Shown here one piece after another: positions 1 through 9,442 of a DNA stretch of 64,000 bases. Location: assembly GCA_021513715.1 (NCBI GenBank), contig CP084167.1, positions 2,880,001 through 2,944,000 on the forward strand, in the 5' to 3' direction. The notes beneath the pieces were generated by a model, which saw only the letters and a list, made by a program, of their open reading frames with translations, made no database searches and had not been told where the DNA came from. How positions within the stretch are numbered: the first letter of the stretch is position 1; every line of letters begins with the position of its first letter. The position numbers were made by a program, and so were the translations under genes. Source of the DNA: Candidatus Heimdallarchaeum endolithica (GTDB lineage: Archaea; Asgardarchaeota; Heimdallarchaeia; Heimdallarchaeales; Heimdallarchaeaceae).

Positions 1-108
1 TTTATTTTTTTTATTTTATGGGTTATTATCCAAGTTATAAACAAAAACTCATGTGTTTTTGTGTTATCTTTGAATAAATTTTAAATCTTTAAAATTTACT
101 CTTGAAAT

Positions 109-879
109 ATGAAAATACTTGAGATAGTTGAAAAAATAGCTGTAGAAGAACCAAGAATAGTTTCTATCGTTGGTGCTGGGATATCAAAAGCTTCAGGTAT
201 GCCAACCTTCAGGGGAGAAGATGGAATGTGGAATAACTACAGTGCTATGGAACTAGCTACTCCTCAAGCATTTGCAAAAGATCCTCAACTAGTGTGGAAT
301 TGGTACAAAGCAAGAATGAGAATTTTGCTTAAAGCAAAACCAAACGATGCACATTTTGCCCTCACAAAATTAGAAAAAGCAGGTTTAAGTTTAGGTATTA
401 TAACTCAAAATGTTGATGGTTTACACGAATTAGCAGGGAGTAAAAAAATTATTGAAATACATGGCAGAATTAGATATGCCCGTTGTACAAGTTGCAAACA
501 TGTACAAAGATGGGATAAGGATGAAATAGTAAACGAGCGTGATTCTCTTCTTTATTGTCCTAATTGTGAAAAAAGTTTGCTAAGACCTGATGTTGTTTGG
601 TTTGGAGAACCTTTAGATCCTTCAAAAAGTGAAATTGCACTTGATTGGTTATCACATTGTAATCTTGTTTTAGTAATTGGAACAAGTGGGGTTGTTTATC
701 CTGTTGCTTCATTTCCTTCTTTTGCCAAAGAAAATGGAGCTAAAATTATAGAATTTAATATCGAATCTACTCCACTTACACCAATTTGTGATTTCTCAGT
801 ATTTGGAAAGTGCGAAGAAAACTTACCTCTGTTTGTAGAAGAGTTAATAAGAAAAATAGAGAAAAGTAAAAGTGGGTAA
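109..879 (+). CDS. cobB: NAD-dependent protein deacylase, class III sirtuin
   Basis: GAGISxxSGxPTFRG, QNVDGLH, HG, two CxxC zinc pairs, GTS; YxxR (YKAR) desuccinylase motif. Confidence 0.95.
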   Translation: MKILEIVEKIAVEEPRIVSIVGAGISKASGMPTFRGEDGMWNNYSAMELATPQAFAKDPQLVWNWYKARMRILLKAKPNDAHFALTKLEKAGLSLGIITQNVDGLHELAGSKKIIEIHGRIRYARCTSCKHVQRWDKDEIVNERDSLLYCPNCEKSLLRPDVVWFGEPLDPSKSEIALDWLSHCNLVLVIGTSGVVYPVASFPSFAKENGAKIIEFNIESTPLTPICDFSVFGKCEENLPLFVEELIRKIEKSKSG

Positions 880-880
880 A

Positions 881-1156
881 ATGAAAAAAAGAATAGAAGT
901 AAAGGTTACAGGAATAGTCCAAGGAGTATGCTTTAGAGCTTATACCAGAGATTTTGCAAAAAGAATAGGTGTAAATGGATACGTGAGAAATCTAGTTGAT
1001 GGTTCAGTGGAAATAGTAGCTGAAGGTGAAGAAGAAAAACTTTGGGAATTAATTAAATTTGCAAAAAGAGGTCCACCATCTGCTCGGGTGTATAATATTG
1101 ATGTAAAGTGGACTGAAAATTTAAATCAATTTAACAATTTTACAATAAAATATTGA
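881..1156 (+). CDS. acyP: Acylphosphatase
   Basis: VQGVCFR and GYVRNLxDGSVE motifs; ATG at 881 preferred over GTG at 872. Confidence 0.93.
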   Translation: MKKRIEVKVTGIVQGVCFRAYTRDFAKRIGVNGYVRNLVDGSVEIVAEGEEEKLWELIKFAKRGPPSARVYNIDVKWTENLNQFNNFTIKY

Positions 1157-1185
1157 AAAATAAAAATGAGGAAAATAGGTCAAGT

Positions 1186-1971
1186 CTATTCATCTTTTTC
1201 AGAAGATGTGTTTTCTTCTTTTTCTTTTTTTGATTTTGCTAGCAACTTGTCTATTTTTTTCCTATCTTCTTCTGATAGCTGCTCCATGGCCTCTTGACTC
1301 TTTTTCATAATATGTCCTAGAATAAGTCCATATAGTATCGATAAAACGCCCATTGTTGAGCCTTGAGAATTATAATGTTCTTGTGCTCTAGATTTACATG
1401 TATTCAACCATTCTTTAGTCATTTTTCCGTTTCCTAATCCAGGACATTCTTCCTTATCTGCTAAAAAGTATTTTTGTCCATTAAAAGCTAAAGGATAAGC
1501 ACTACAGTGAATAGGCATGCTATAGTAAAGGTTACAAATTTTGTTCTCATGATCGTAGAGGGGACATCCAGAAGGATTAGAATCATTTTCTTTCTTATTC
1601 CGCTTCAAAACTAACTGAACACTAAATTGGTTTACTTCTTTTATTTGAAGAAAGGGTAATACGTAATTAAGAGAACCATCGTTGATCCATCTCTGAATGT
1701 CAGAAATATAGACTGGAACTTCATCCCAACGTTCACAACACTTACCACAACCCTTTATACAATTAAAAACAAATCTTTGAGGTCTTTTTTCTTTTGATTC
1801 TTGTTTTCCTTGTTCTTCTTCTTTTTCACTTTTCTTTGTTTGTTTTTCTATTTTTTCTTTGTTTTCTTTATTTTGTTCCTTTTCTTGTTGCTCTTCTTTT
1901 TTAACTTCTTGTTTTTCTTCTTGTTCTCTTCTCTCTTCAGTGACATCTACATTCTCTTCATTTTCAATCAT
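1186..1971 (-). CDS. YkgJ-type Cys-cluster (Zn/Fe-chelating) protein with Glu/Lys-rich N-terminus
   Basis: CxxGCGxCC ... CPLY ... CNLY..MPxxCxAYP pattern. Confidence 0.75.
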   Translation of the reverse strand: MIENEENVDVTEERREQEEKQEVKKEEQQEKEQNKENKEKIEKQTKKSEKEEEQGKQESKEKRPQRFVFNCIKGCGKCCERWDEVPVYISDIQRWINDGSLNYVLPFLQIKEVNQFSVQLVLKRNKKENDSNPSGCPLYDHENKICNLYYSMPIHCSAYPLAFNGQKYFLADKEECPGLGNGKMTKEWLNTCKSRAQEHYNSQGSTMGVLSILYGLILGHIMKKSQEAMEQLSEEDRKKIDKLLAKSKKEKEENTSSEKDE

Positions 1972-2060
1972 TGTATCACCAAATATTAAGACAAATAAAA
2001 GAAAATAAAATTTTTCGGTATATAATATAATATTATAAAAATAAAAAATAAAATAAGAGT

Positions 2061-2699
2061 CTAACCGTACAACTCTCGTTTAATAGTCTCAAAGATTCCA
2101 TCTATTCTATCGTACATTTCTTCTCCGCCTTTCAAAGCTGAGATTGCTTCCCATCCGTGAAATGACCTTGGATAACGTTCTTTCAAGTGTTCCCAAGCAG
2201 CTTTAAAGTTTTCTCTCAAGTACTCATCTGCTTTTGCTTTGCTAAAATCAAGTAAGTCGATTTTATTCACTACTAAGAAAAAGATGGCTTTTGCTTTTCT
2301 TGCTTTACGCTCAGCTTTGACAATATCATTATCTAGAGTCATAAGAAAATAATTGCTAACTTGAGTTAAAGCATCAATTTGAACTTTAGTATCTTGAGTG
2401 GGGTCAATCATGAAAATTATACCGTTAGTCTTGTAGTCCTGCATTGCTTTCTTCCAATAAGGCCACAAAGACATATCTCCAGGGCAATCTACTGCCATAA
2501 CCTTGTATGTCCTATATTTTTCTAAGCTTAAAGCTGATTTGTATTGTTGACTTTTGAGTTTTATACGTTTAGAGTGCACTTCAATTTGTGTTGTAGGACT
2601 TATATCTTCGATATCTTCTCCCTTGATTCTTTTAATTAGAGTAGTTTTACCTACTCCTGTTGCACCTAAAATTGTGATTGATAATTCACGAGTTAACAT
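2061..2699 (-). CDS. Ras-superfamily small GTPase (Arf/Rab-like, Asgard type)
   Basis: G1 GATGVGKTT, G2 PTT, G3 DCPG, G4 NKID, G5 SAL. Confidence 0.9.
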   Translation of the reverse strand: MLTRELSITILGATGVGKTTLIKRIKGEDIEDISPTTQIEVHSKRIKLKSQQYKSALSLEKYRTYKVMAVDCPGDMSLWPYWKKAMQDYKTNGIIFMIDPTQDTKVQIDALTQVSNYFLMTLDNDIVKAERKARKAKAIFFLVVNKIDLLDFSKAKADEYLRENFKAAWEHLKERYPRSFHGWEAISALKGGEEMYDRIDGIFETIKRELYG

Positions 2700-3044
2700 T
2701 GTTATTCAACTGAATAGTTAGTTTATTCAGTATATCAATCTTTTGTAAAGATTAAGTATACACTTTAGTCAAAAAATCAAAATTCAATCTAATAGGTGTT
2801 GAAATTAGGATAATTGGAATTATCGCTTTAAATTTAATAAAAGGCTGATAAGCGCTATTTCTAAAAATTATGATACTAATAATTAAAAAAATTAAAAATA
2901 GGTTTTAAATTTTCTTTAAATTTAATATTTCTAAAAAATATTATCTATTTTTTCTAAATTTTTCTATTTTTCACGCAAAAAAAGCGCAATTCTAATGTGC
3001 GTTTTTAGCGCATCTAGCATTGTTTTTTAGAACTTCCAAAACTT

Positions 3045-3060
3045 GAGAAAGGTTTATAAG
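3045..3060 (+). promoter_or_regulatory. Probable BRE/TATA promoter of the kor-hdr-mvh-frd operon
   Basis: Purine-rich gagaaagg followed by TTTATAAG, ~56 nt upstream of the first ATG. Confidence 0.5.
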
Positions 3061-3116
3061 GAGACTGTTGGTGTTCTTGTAGATTATTAAAAATTAAGTT
3101 GATATGTGAATAGTAT

Positions 3117-3449
3117 ATGAATTATACTGTCGATTATGATAAAAAAAAGAAAAAAGCGGAGTGGCCCGCTTTCATAAATATAAGTGAATGGAAACAAGAA
3201 CACCCCGTAATATATTTAATCCCAGAACGTTGCAAAGCTTGTAGTTTCTGCATAAATTACTGCCCTGAACAGATACTTGAATTTTCTTCAGATATCAACC
3301 AAAAGGGTTATCATCTTCCCAAACTTAAAGAGGGTAAGGATTTTTCTAACTGTGCAGAGTGTCATTTTTGCGAATTAATTTGTCCTGAATTCGCTATTTT
3401 TGTGAAGGTTCCGGAAAAACAAGAAGAGGAGGAGAAACAAGATGAGTAA
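3117..3449 (+). CDS. korD: 2-oxoacid:ferredoxin oxidoreductase delta subunit (2x[4Fe-4S])
   Basis: CKACSFCINYCP and CAECHFCELICPEFAI; adjacent to korA. Confidence 0.88.
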   Translation: MNYTVDYDKKKKKAEWPAFINISEWKQEHPVIYLIPERCKACSFCINYCPEQILEFSSDINQKGYHLPKLKEGKDFSNCAECHFCELICPEFAIFVKVPEKQEEEEKQDE

Positions 3450-4614
3450 AACAATTCAGAAAGAAGAAGATCGAACTGTTTTAACTGGTGAATACTTTAC
3501 AACAGGAAACCTTGCTGCTGCAGAAGGAGCTTTGGCTGCTGGATGTAAGTTTTTTGGTGGTTATCCTATTACTCCTAGTTCAGAGATCGCAGAACACATG
3601 TCTTATCGTCTTCCCCAAGTTGGAGGGCATTTCCTTCAATTCGAAGATGAAATTGCTTCTATCGTATCAATTCTTGGAGCAAGTTGGGGAGGATGGAAAT
3701 CTATGACTGCAACTTCTGGGCCAGGTTACTCATTGATGTTGGAAAATATTGGTCTAGGTATAATGACTGAAACTCCTTGTGTTATAATAAATGTGCAACG
3801 AGGAGGACCATCTACTGGTCTACCAACACTAGTAGGTCAGCAAGATATCCAACAGACAAGATGGGGGTCACATGGAGATTATGAAGTAATAGCTTTAGCA
3901 CCAAATAGTGTTCAAGAATGCTTTGATTTAGTAATTGTTGCTTTTAATTATGCTGAAAAATATAGATTACCTGTAACTTTGCTAATGGATGAAACACTTG
4001 GTCATATGAGTGAAAAGTTGATTATACCAAAAAAAGATGATATCAAGATTATTAATAGAAAGAAGCCCAAAGATGATCCTTCCAGTCATCTTCCCTATAA
4101 AGCAGATGAAGATCTAGTACCACCAATGGCTACAGCTGGAGAAGGATATCGTGTTATAACCACAGGATTAACACATGATGAAAGAGGATATCCTGTTTTA
4201 GATGCAGAAACCCAAGAAAAACTTCTGCGAAGATTAATTAATAAAATAAAAAAGAATAAAGATGATATAATTTTACTTGAGGAATATAAACTTAAAGATG
4301 CTGAGCTAATAATTATCTCCTTTGGTATAAGTGCACGTGCTTCGAAAGGAGCAATTGAACTTGCAAGAAAAAAGGGGATAAAGGTTGGTCTTTTAAGACT
4401 TATTACCATCTGGCCATTTGCTGATGAACATATAGAAAAACTTGCAGAAAAAGTTGATAACATCTTGGTTGTTGAAATTAATTCTGGACAAGTTACAAGA
4501 GAGGTTCAGAGAGCTGTAAAGGGTAAAGCTAACGTACATGGAGTGCTTAAGCATGGAGGTACCATTCATACACCAGAAGAAATCTTATCTGAGATAGAGA
4601 GGAGAGTAAAATGA
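3442..4614 (+). CDS. korA: 2-oxoglutarate/2-oxoacid:ferredoxin oxidoreductase alpha subunit
   Basis: GYPITPSSEIAE, EDEIAS, TATSGPG, QRGGPSTGLPT. Confidence 0.92.
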   Translation: MSKTIQKEEDRTVLTGEYFTTGNLAAAEGALAAGCKFFGGYPITPSSEIAEHMSYRLPQVGGHFLQFEDEIASIVSILGASWGGWKSMTATSGPGYSLMLENIGLGIMTETPCVIINVQRGGPSTGLPTLVGQQDIQQTRWGSHGDYEVIALAPNSVQECFDLVIVAFNYAEKYRLPVTLLMDETLGHMSEKLIIPKKDDIKIINRKKPKDDPSSHLPYKADEDLVPPMATAGEGYRVITTGLTHDERGYPVLDAETQEKLLRRLINKIKKNKDDIILLEEYKLKDAELIIISFGISARASKGAIELARKKGIKVGLLRLITIWPFADEHIEKLAEKVDNILVVEINSGQVTREVQRAVKGKANVHGVLKHGGTIHTPEEILSEIERRVK

Positions 4615-5471
4615 CTAGTGAATTATTAAAAGCTGAAGAACATCCTTCAGATGTATTTCTAAGACCCGGTAGAATACCTCATATCTGGTGTCCTGGGTGC
4701 AGTTTAGGTTCAGTAACGAATGTGATTATACAAGCAATAAAACAAAGTGGAATTGATTCTAAAAAGATAGCTATAATTTCTGGTATTGGTTGCACAGGAA
4801 GAGCTGCAGGCTATCTGAATTTTGATTCTTTTCACACAACTCATGGTAGAGCTATACCTTTTGCTATAGGATTAAGCGTAACTGACCCTGAGAGAAAAGT
4901 TATTGTTATTTCAGGAGATGGAGATTTAGCTTCTATAGGAGGTAATCATCTGATTCATGGAGCTAGAAGAAATGCAGACATTACAGTTATTTGTGTAAAT
5001 AACTTTCAATATGGAATGACTGGTGGGCAAGTAGGCCCTACTTCCTACGAGGGACAATTTCAGACTACTGCCCCATATGGAAATGTTGAGCATCCATTTG
5101 ACCTACCAGGTTTAGCTTATTCATGTGGGGCAACTTTTGTAGCAAGGTGGACAGCTCTTGATGTTAGAAGAATGAAAGAAACAATTATTGAAGCGATTCT
5201 ACATAAAGGATTCTCTTTTGTAGAAATTTTGGGCTCATGTCCTACAACTTATGGTAGAAGAAATCAATTAAGAGAAGGTTTAGAAATTTTAGAAAATTTC
5301 AGAAAGAGGACAGTATTGCAACATGGAGCTGACCCAACAAAAACTGAAATCTCCAAAGATGGACCTATAATTGTTGGAAAATTTGTTGAAATAAAAGATA
5401 AATCAACCTTAACAGATAACTTGCTTAAAGTTCAAAGAATAGCAAAAGCAACAAAATCAAGGGGGTTATAA
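4611..5471 (+). CDS. korB: 2-oxoacid:ferredoxin oxidoreductase beta subunit (TPP-binding)
   Basis: WCPGC, SGIGC, HGRA, GDGD...NN TPP motif, YGMTGGQ. Confidence 0.92.
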   Translation: MTSELLKAEEHPSDVFLRPGRIPHIWCPGCSLGSVTNVIIQAIKQSGIDSKKIAIISGIGCTGRAAGYLNFDSFHTTHGRAIPFAIGLSVTDPERKVIVISGDGDLASIGGNHLIHGARRNADITVICVNNFQYGMTGGQVGPTSYEGQFQTTAPYGNVEHPFDLPGLAYSCGATFVARWTALDVRRMKETIIEAILHKGFSFVEILGSCPTTYGRRNQLREGLEILENFRKRTVLQHGADPTKTEISKDGPIIVGKFVEIKDKSTLTDNLLKVQRIAKATKSRGL

Positions 5472-5472
5472 A

Positions 5473-6012
5473 ATGCCAAGAGTAGAAATACGTTTTGCTG
5501 GTTTTGGAGGACAAGGAATCGGTCTTCTAGGAAGATTAATGGGTGAAGCAATTGCTTTGTATATGGAAGAAAAAAATGCTATAATGACTCAGAGCTATGG
5601 ACCTGAAAGTAGAGGAGGAGCCAGTAGTTCTGATGTTGTGATTGATGAAGGAGAAATTGCCTACCCTAAAGCAACTCATTATGATTATTTAGTTGTTATG
5701 TCAGAGGAAGCCTATCATAAATACATCCCGAATTTGAAAGAAGGGGGAACATTATTTGTAGAAGAGAATCTAGTAATCCTCGATGATCATGCTAAAAAAG
5801 CTGGAAAAATCTTGAAAATTCCTGCAACTAAAATAGCTGAAGAAATAGGAAGTAGTTTATATGCAAATATTGCAATGTTGGGTTTTTTCTGTGCAAATAC
5901 TGATATAGTATCTGAAGATGCGCTAAAGAAGGTGATAAGAGAAAAAGTGAAAGCACGTTTTGTAAAGAATAATCTTATTGCTTTCGAAAAGGGGAAAAAC
6001 TATAAGGGATGA
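5473..6012 (+). CDS. korG: 2-oxoacid:ferredoxin oxidoreductase gamma subunit
   Basis: GFGGQG, QSYGPESRGG. Confidence 0.9.
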   Translation: MPRVEIRFAGFGGQGIGLLGRLMGEAIALYMEEKNAIMTQSYGPESRGGASSSDVVIDEGEIAYPKATHYDYLVVMSEEAYHKYIPNLKEGGTLFVEENLVILDDHAKKAGKILKIPATKIAEEIGSSLYANIAMLGFFCANTDIVSEDALKKVIREKVKARFVKNNLIAFEKGKNYKG

Positions 6013-7979
6013 AAAAAATGGATGAGAAAAAGAAAGTTGGAGTATTTGTTTGTCATTGTGGAAGAAATATCGCTCAAACTGTTGATATAGAAAAACTAAT
6101 GGAAAAAGTCAGAGAAAAGTATGATGTTGAGCTTGTAGAAGATAATATGTATATGTGTTCTGATCCAGGACAAAATTTGTTAAAAGAGTCAATTCAAGCA
6201 AAGAATTTAAATCGAGTTATTGTTGCTGCTTGTTCTAGAGATATGCATGAGCCAACATTCAGAAGTGCAGCTCAAGAAGCTGGTTTAAATCCTTATTTAG
6301 TTGAAATTGCTAATATTAGAGAACAAGTTAGTTGGGTTCATGATGACAAAGAAAAAGCAACAGAAAAAGCTTCAAAGATAATAGGTTCAACAATTGAAAA
6401 AGTAATAAGAGATGAACCTTTAGAACCTCTTAAAATACCTGTTGTTCAAAGAGCATTAGTTATTGGAGGAGGAATTGCAGGAATACAAGCTGCTCTTGAT
6501 ATTGCTGATGCAGGATATGAAGTAACTTTGGTTGAAAAATCTCCTACTATTGGAGGACACATGGCACAATTAGCTGAAACATTTCCGACTTTGGATTGTA
6601 GTCAATGTATTTTAACACCAAAAATGGTTGCTGTAAGTCGACATCCAAAAATTAACTTGCTGACAACCAGTGAAGTTGTAAGTGTTGATGGGTATGTTGG
6701 AAACTTTAAAGTGCAAATAAGAAAGAATCCGAGATATGTAGATGTTGATAAATGTAATCTCTGTGATGATTGTACAGCTGTATGTCCTGTAGTGGTTCAT
6801 GATGAATATAATCAAAGTTTATCCCCAAGAAAAGCTATTTATATCCCATTTCCTCAAGCTGTACCTGCATCGTATGTTATTGACGAGGAAACTTGTTTGG
6901 GAATTGATCCTCTGATCTGTTCAAAATGTAAAGATGTCTGTTTAGTTGAAGCAATAAATTTCGATATGCAACCAGAAATAATTGAAGAAGAATTTGGTGC
7001 CATAATTGTTGCCACTGGATATGATACCTATCCAATAGAAAATATAGGTGAGTATGGTTATGGTGCTCATCCAGATATTATTTCAGGACTAGACTTTGAA
7101 AGATTATTATCTGCAAATGGACCAACACAAGGTGTTATAAGAAGACCTTCAGATGGAAAAGTCCCAAAAACTGTAGTGTTTGTTCATTGTGCTGGTTCTA
7201 GAGATCCTGCTAAACATTTACCTTATTGTTCTAAAATATGCTGTATGTACTCTACAAAACATGCTTTGCAGTATAAACATCTTGTTCATGATGGAACTGC
7301 GATTAACTTTTATATTGATGTAAGAACAGCAGGAAAAGATTATGAAGAATTCTATAAACGTGCTGCAGAAGAAGAAAAGGTGATTTATGTAAGAGGAAAG
7401 GTCTCTGAAATAATAGAAGACGGAGATCAGCTTCTAGTAAAAGGTGTGGATACATTATTGGGAGAAGCAGTAGAAGTTCATGCTGATCTAGTTGTTTTAG
7501 CTACAGGATTAGTTCCAAGTAAAGGAACACAAGAAATTTCACATCTTTTGAAATTATCTTGCGATAGTAAAGGATTTCTCAAAGAAGCACATCCAAAATT
7601 AAAACCTGTAGAATCAGCTCTATCTGGTATTTTTATTGCAGGAACTGCTTCTGGTCCAAAAGACATTCCAGAGACAGTTTCTCAAGCTTCTGGGGCAGCA
7701 GCAAAAGCTGCAACAATTCTGGCTTCTGAATTCCTTGAAAGAGAGCCTCAAATCGCACAGGTAGATCCAACAACTTGCGGTCTGTGTCATACTTGTATTA
7801 ATGTTTGTCCCTATGGAGCGATCTATTTAGATGAAGGTGTGAGAAGAATAACTGTTCGAGAAGCACTATGTGAAGGATGTGGAAGTTGTGCAGCTGCTTG
7901 TCCTTCTGGTAGCATTGAATTAAAAAACTCTACTTCTGAAGGAATTAGAGCGCAGATTAAAGCATTGTTACAAGGGTGA
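6009..7979 (+). CDS. hdrA: Heterodisulfide reductase subunit A (flavin-based electron bifurcation)
   Basis: VFVCHCG, NIREQ, GGGIAG, KSPTIGGHMAQLxxTFPTLDC, YCSKICCMY, GPKDIP, ferredoxin motifs. Confidence 0.95.
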   Translation: MKKMDEKKKVGVFVCHCGRNIAQTVDIEKLMEKVREKYDVELVEDNMYMCSDPGQNLLKESIQAKNLNRVIVAACSRDMHEPTFRSAAQEAGLNPYLVEIANIREQVSWVHDDKEKATEKASKIIGSTIEKVIRDEPLEPLKIPVVQRALVIGGGIAGIQAALDIADAGYEVTLVEKSPTIGGHMAQLAETFPTLDCSQCILTPKMVAVSRHPKINLLTTSEVVSVDGYVGNFKVQIRKNPRYVDVDKCNLCDDCTAVCPVVVHDEYNQSLSPRKAIYIPFPQAVPASYVIDEETCLGIDPLICSKCKDVCLVEAINFDMQPEIIEEEFGAIIVATGYDTYPIENIGEYGYGAHPDIISGLDFERLLSANGPTQGVIRRPSDGKVPKTVVFVHCAGSRDPAKHLPYCSKICCMYSTKHALQYKHLVHDGTAINFYIDVRTAGKDYEEFYKRAAEEEKVIYVRGKVSEIIEDGDQLLVKGVDTLLGEAVEVHADLVVLATGLVPSKGTQEISHLLKLSCDSKGFLKEAHPKLKPVESALSGIFIAGTASGPKDIPETVSQASGAAAKAATILASEFLEREPQIAQVDPTTCGLCHTCINVCPYGAIYLDEGVRRITVREALCEGCGSCAAACPSGSIELKNSTSEGIRAQIKALLQG

Positions 7980-8449
7980 GAATTATGAGTACATCAAAAC
8001 AAGAACAAGAATCAGGTATAAAAAACCCAAACCCGAAGATAGTCCTTTTCTTATGCCGTTGGTGTTCTGGAAAAGGAGCAGATTTAGCAGGAACATCAAG
8101 ATTAAACTATCCCCCTAATGTTCTGCCAATAATGGTCAATTGTACATCGAGAATTGATCCTAGATTTATAGTAGAAGCTTTTCTAGATGGAGCTGATGGG
8201 GTTCTAGTTACAGGTTGTCACTTTGGTGATTGCCATTACAAGACTGGCAATTACAAAGCATATAGACGTCTCTCACTAGTTGCAAAATTATTGAAACAAG
8301 TCGGAGTTAATCCCAAAAGATTTAGATTGACTTGGATATCAGCAACAGAAGCGACAAAATTTGTGAAAGTGACTACTGAAATGGTAGAAGATTTGAAGAA
8401 ACTTCCTCCTTACTGGAGTAATGAAAATGGAGGTGATAGTGATGAATAA
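7976..8449 (+). CDS. mvhD: Methyl-viologen-reducing hydrogenase subunit D ([2Fe-2S])
   Basis: FLCRWC, GADLAG, GADGVLVTGCHFGDCHY. Confidence 0.93.
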   Translation: MRIMSTSKQEQESGIKNPNPKIVLFLCRWCSGKGADLAGTSRLNYPPNVLPIMVNCTSRIDPRFIVEAFLDGADGVLVTGCHFGDCHYKTGNYKAYRRLSLVAKLLKQVGVNPKRFRLTWISATEATKFVKVTTEMVEDLKKLPPYWSNENGGDSDE

Positions 8450-9440
8450 ATTAAAGGTCGCAGTAGCTCTTGGAGCAACTTGCGCTGGTTGTGACGTAGC
8501 TATCCTAGATTTAAATGAAAAAATACTAGATGTAATAGAAATAGTAGATTTTGTTTTTTGGCCTACAGCAATGGACTTTAAACTGGATGATCTAAAAGCA
8601 CTAAAAGATGGTGAAGTTGATGTAGGTTTGTACCATGGGGCTATAGGGACAGAAGAAGATGAAGAAATAGCTAAAATATTAAGAAAGAAATCAAAAATAG
8701 TTGTAGCTTTTGGAGCTTGCGCTAATTTTGGTGGGATACCAAGTTTAACAAATATGCCTTATGAATCAAAGATGTTTGATGTGGTTTATAAAGAAAGTCC
8801 ATCTACTTCAAACCCAGAAGGGACTCTACCACAAAAAGAAACAGAGATAGAAGGAACAAAGTTGACTTTACCAGGAATTAGAAAAAGAGCAGATTCTTTA
8901 AACAGTGTTATTGATGTCGATTATTATGTCCCAGGTTGTCCTCCTATGGTTCCTTTGATTGAACAAGTAGTTGATGTCTTAAGAGTGTTTGTTGAAAAAG
9001 GCACTTTACCTCCTAAAGGAGCAGTTATTGCTGGGCAAGATACCTTGTGTAAAGAGTGTGGACGAACTAAACCAGAAACTATTTCTTACAAAGAATTTGT
9101 GTCTCCACAAGAAGTAAAAGAAATTGATCCTGACCTTTGTCTACTCTCGCAAGGAATTCTCTGTTTAGGGCCAGCAACACGTTCTGGTTGTGGAGCCTTA
9201 TGTACAAAAATGAATGTTGGTTGTAGAGGATGTTTAGGACCAACAGACAAAGTCGATGATCATGGTCTGAAAATGATATCTGCTCTAACTTCACTTTTGG
9301 AAGTTGAACATGAAGAAGAATATACAGAGGAAGATTTCGATAAATTATTAGAAAAAATACCTGACCCATTAGGGACATTTTATCGATTTACTTATGGAGT
9401 ATCCATGATCTCTAAATTACATCCAGATAAGGAGGAATAA
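8442..9440 (+). CDS. mvhG: Group 3c [NiFe]-hydrogenase small subunit
   Basis: CAGC, GAC, PGCPP, CLLxQGILCLGPATRSGC..CxGC; GGAGGTGA RBS before ATG 8442. Confidence 0.92.
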   Translation: MNKLKVAVALGATCAGCDVAILDLNEKILDVIEIVDFVFWPTAMDFKLDDLKALKDGEVDVGLYHGAIGTEEDEEIAKILRKKSKIVVAFGACANFGGIPSLTNMPYESKMFDVVYKESPSTSNPEGTLPQKETEIEGTKLTLPGIRKRADSLNSVIDVDYYVPGCPPMVPLIEQVVDVLRVFVEKGTLPPKGAVIAGQDTLCKECGRTKPETISYKEFVSPQEVKEIDPDLCLLSQGILCLGPATRSGCGALCTKMNVGCRGCLGPTDKVDDHGLKMISALTSLLEVEHEEEYTEEDFDKLLEKIPDPLGTFYRFTYGVSMISKLHPDKEE

Positions 9441-9442
9441 AA

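Noticed and set aside
1801-1989. Phe/Leu-rich 62-aa ORF
   Set aside because: Reverse complement of the Glu/Lys-rich N-terminus of 1186..1971.
2975-3012. Palindromic operator upstream of korD
   Set aside because: The arms (AAAAGCGCA / TGCGTTTTT) are imperfect and seen only once; too weak to call.
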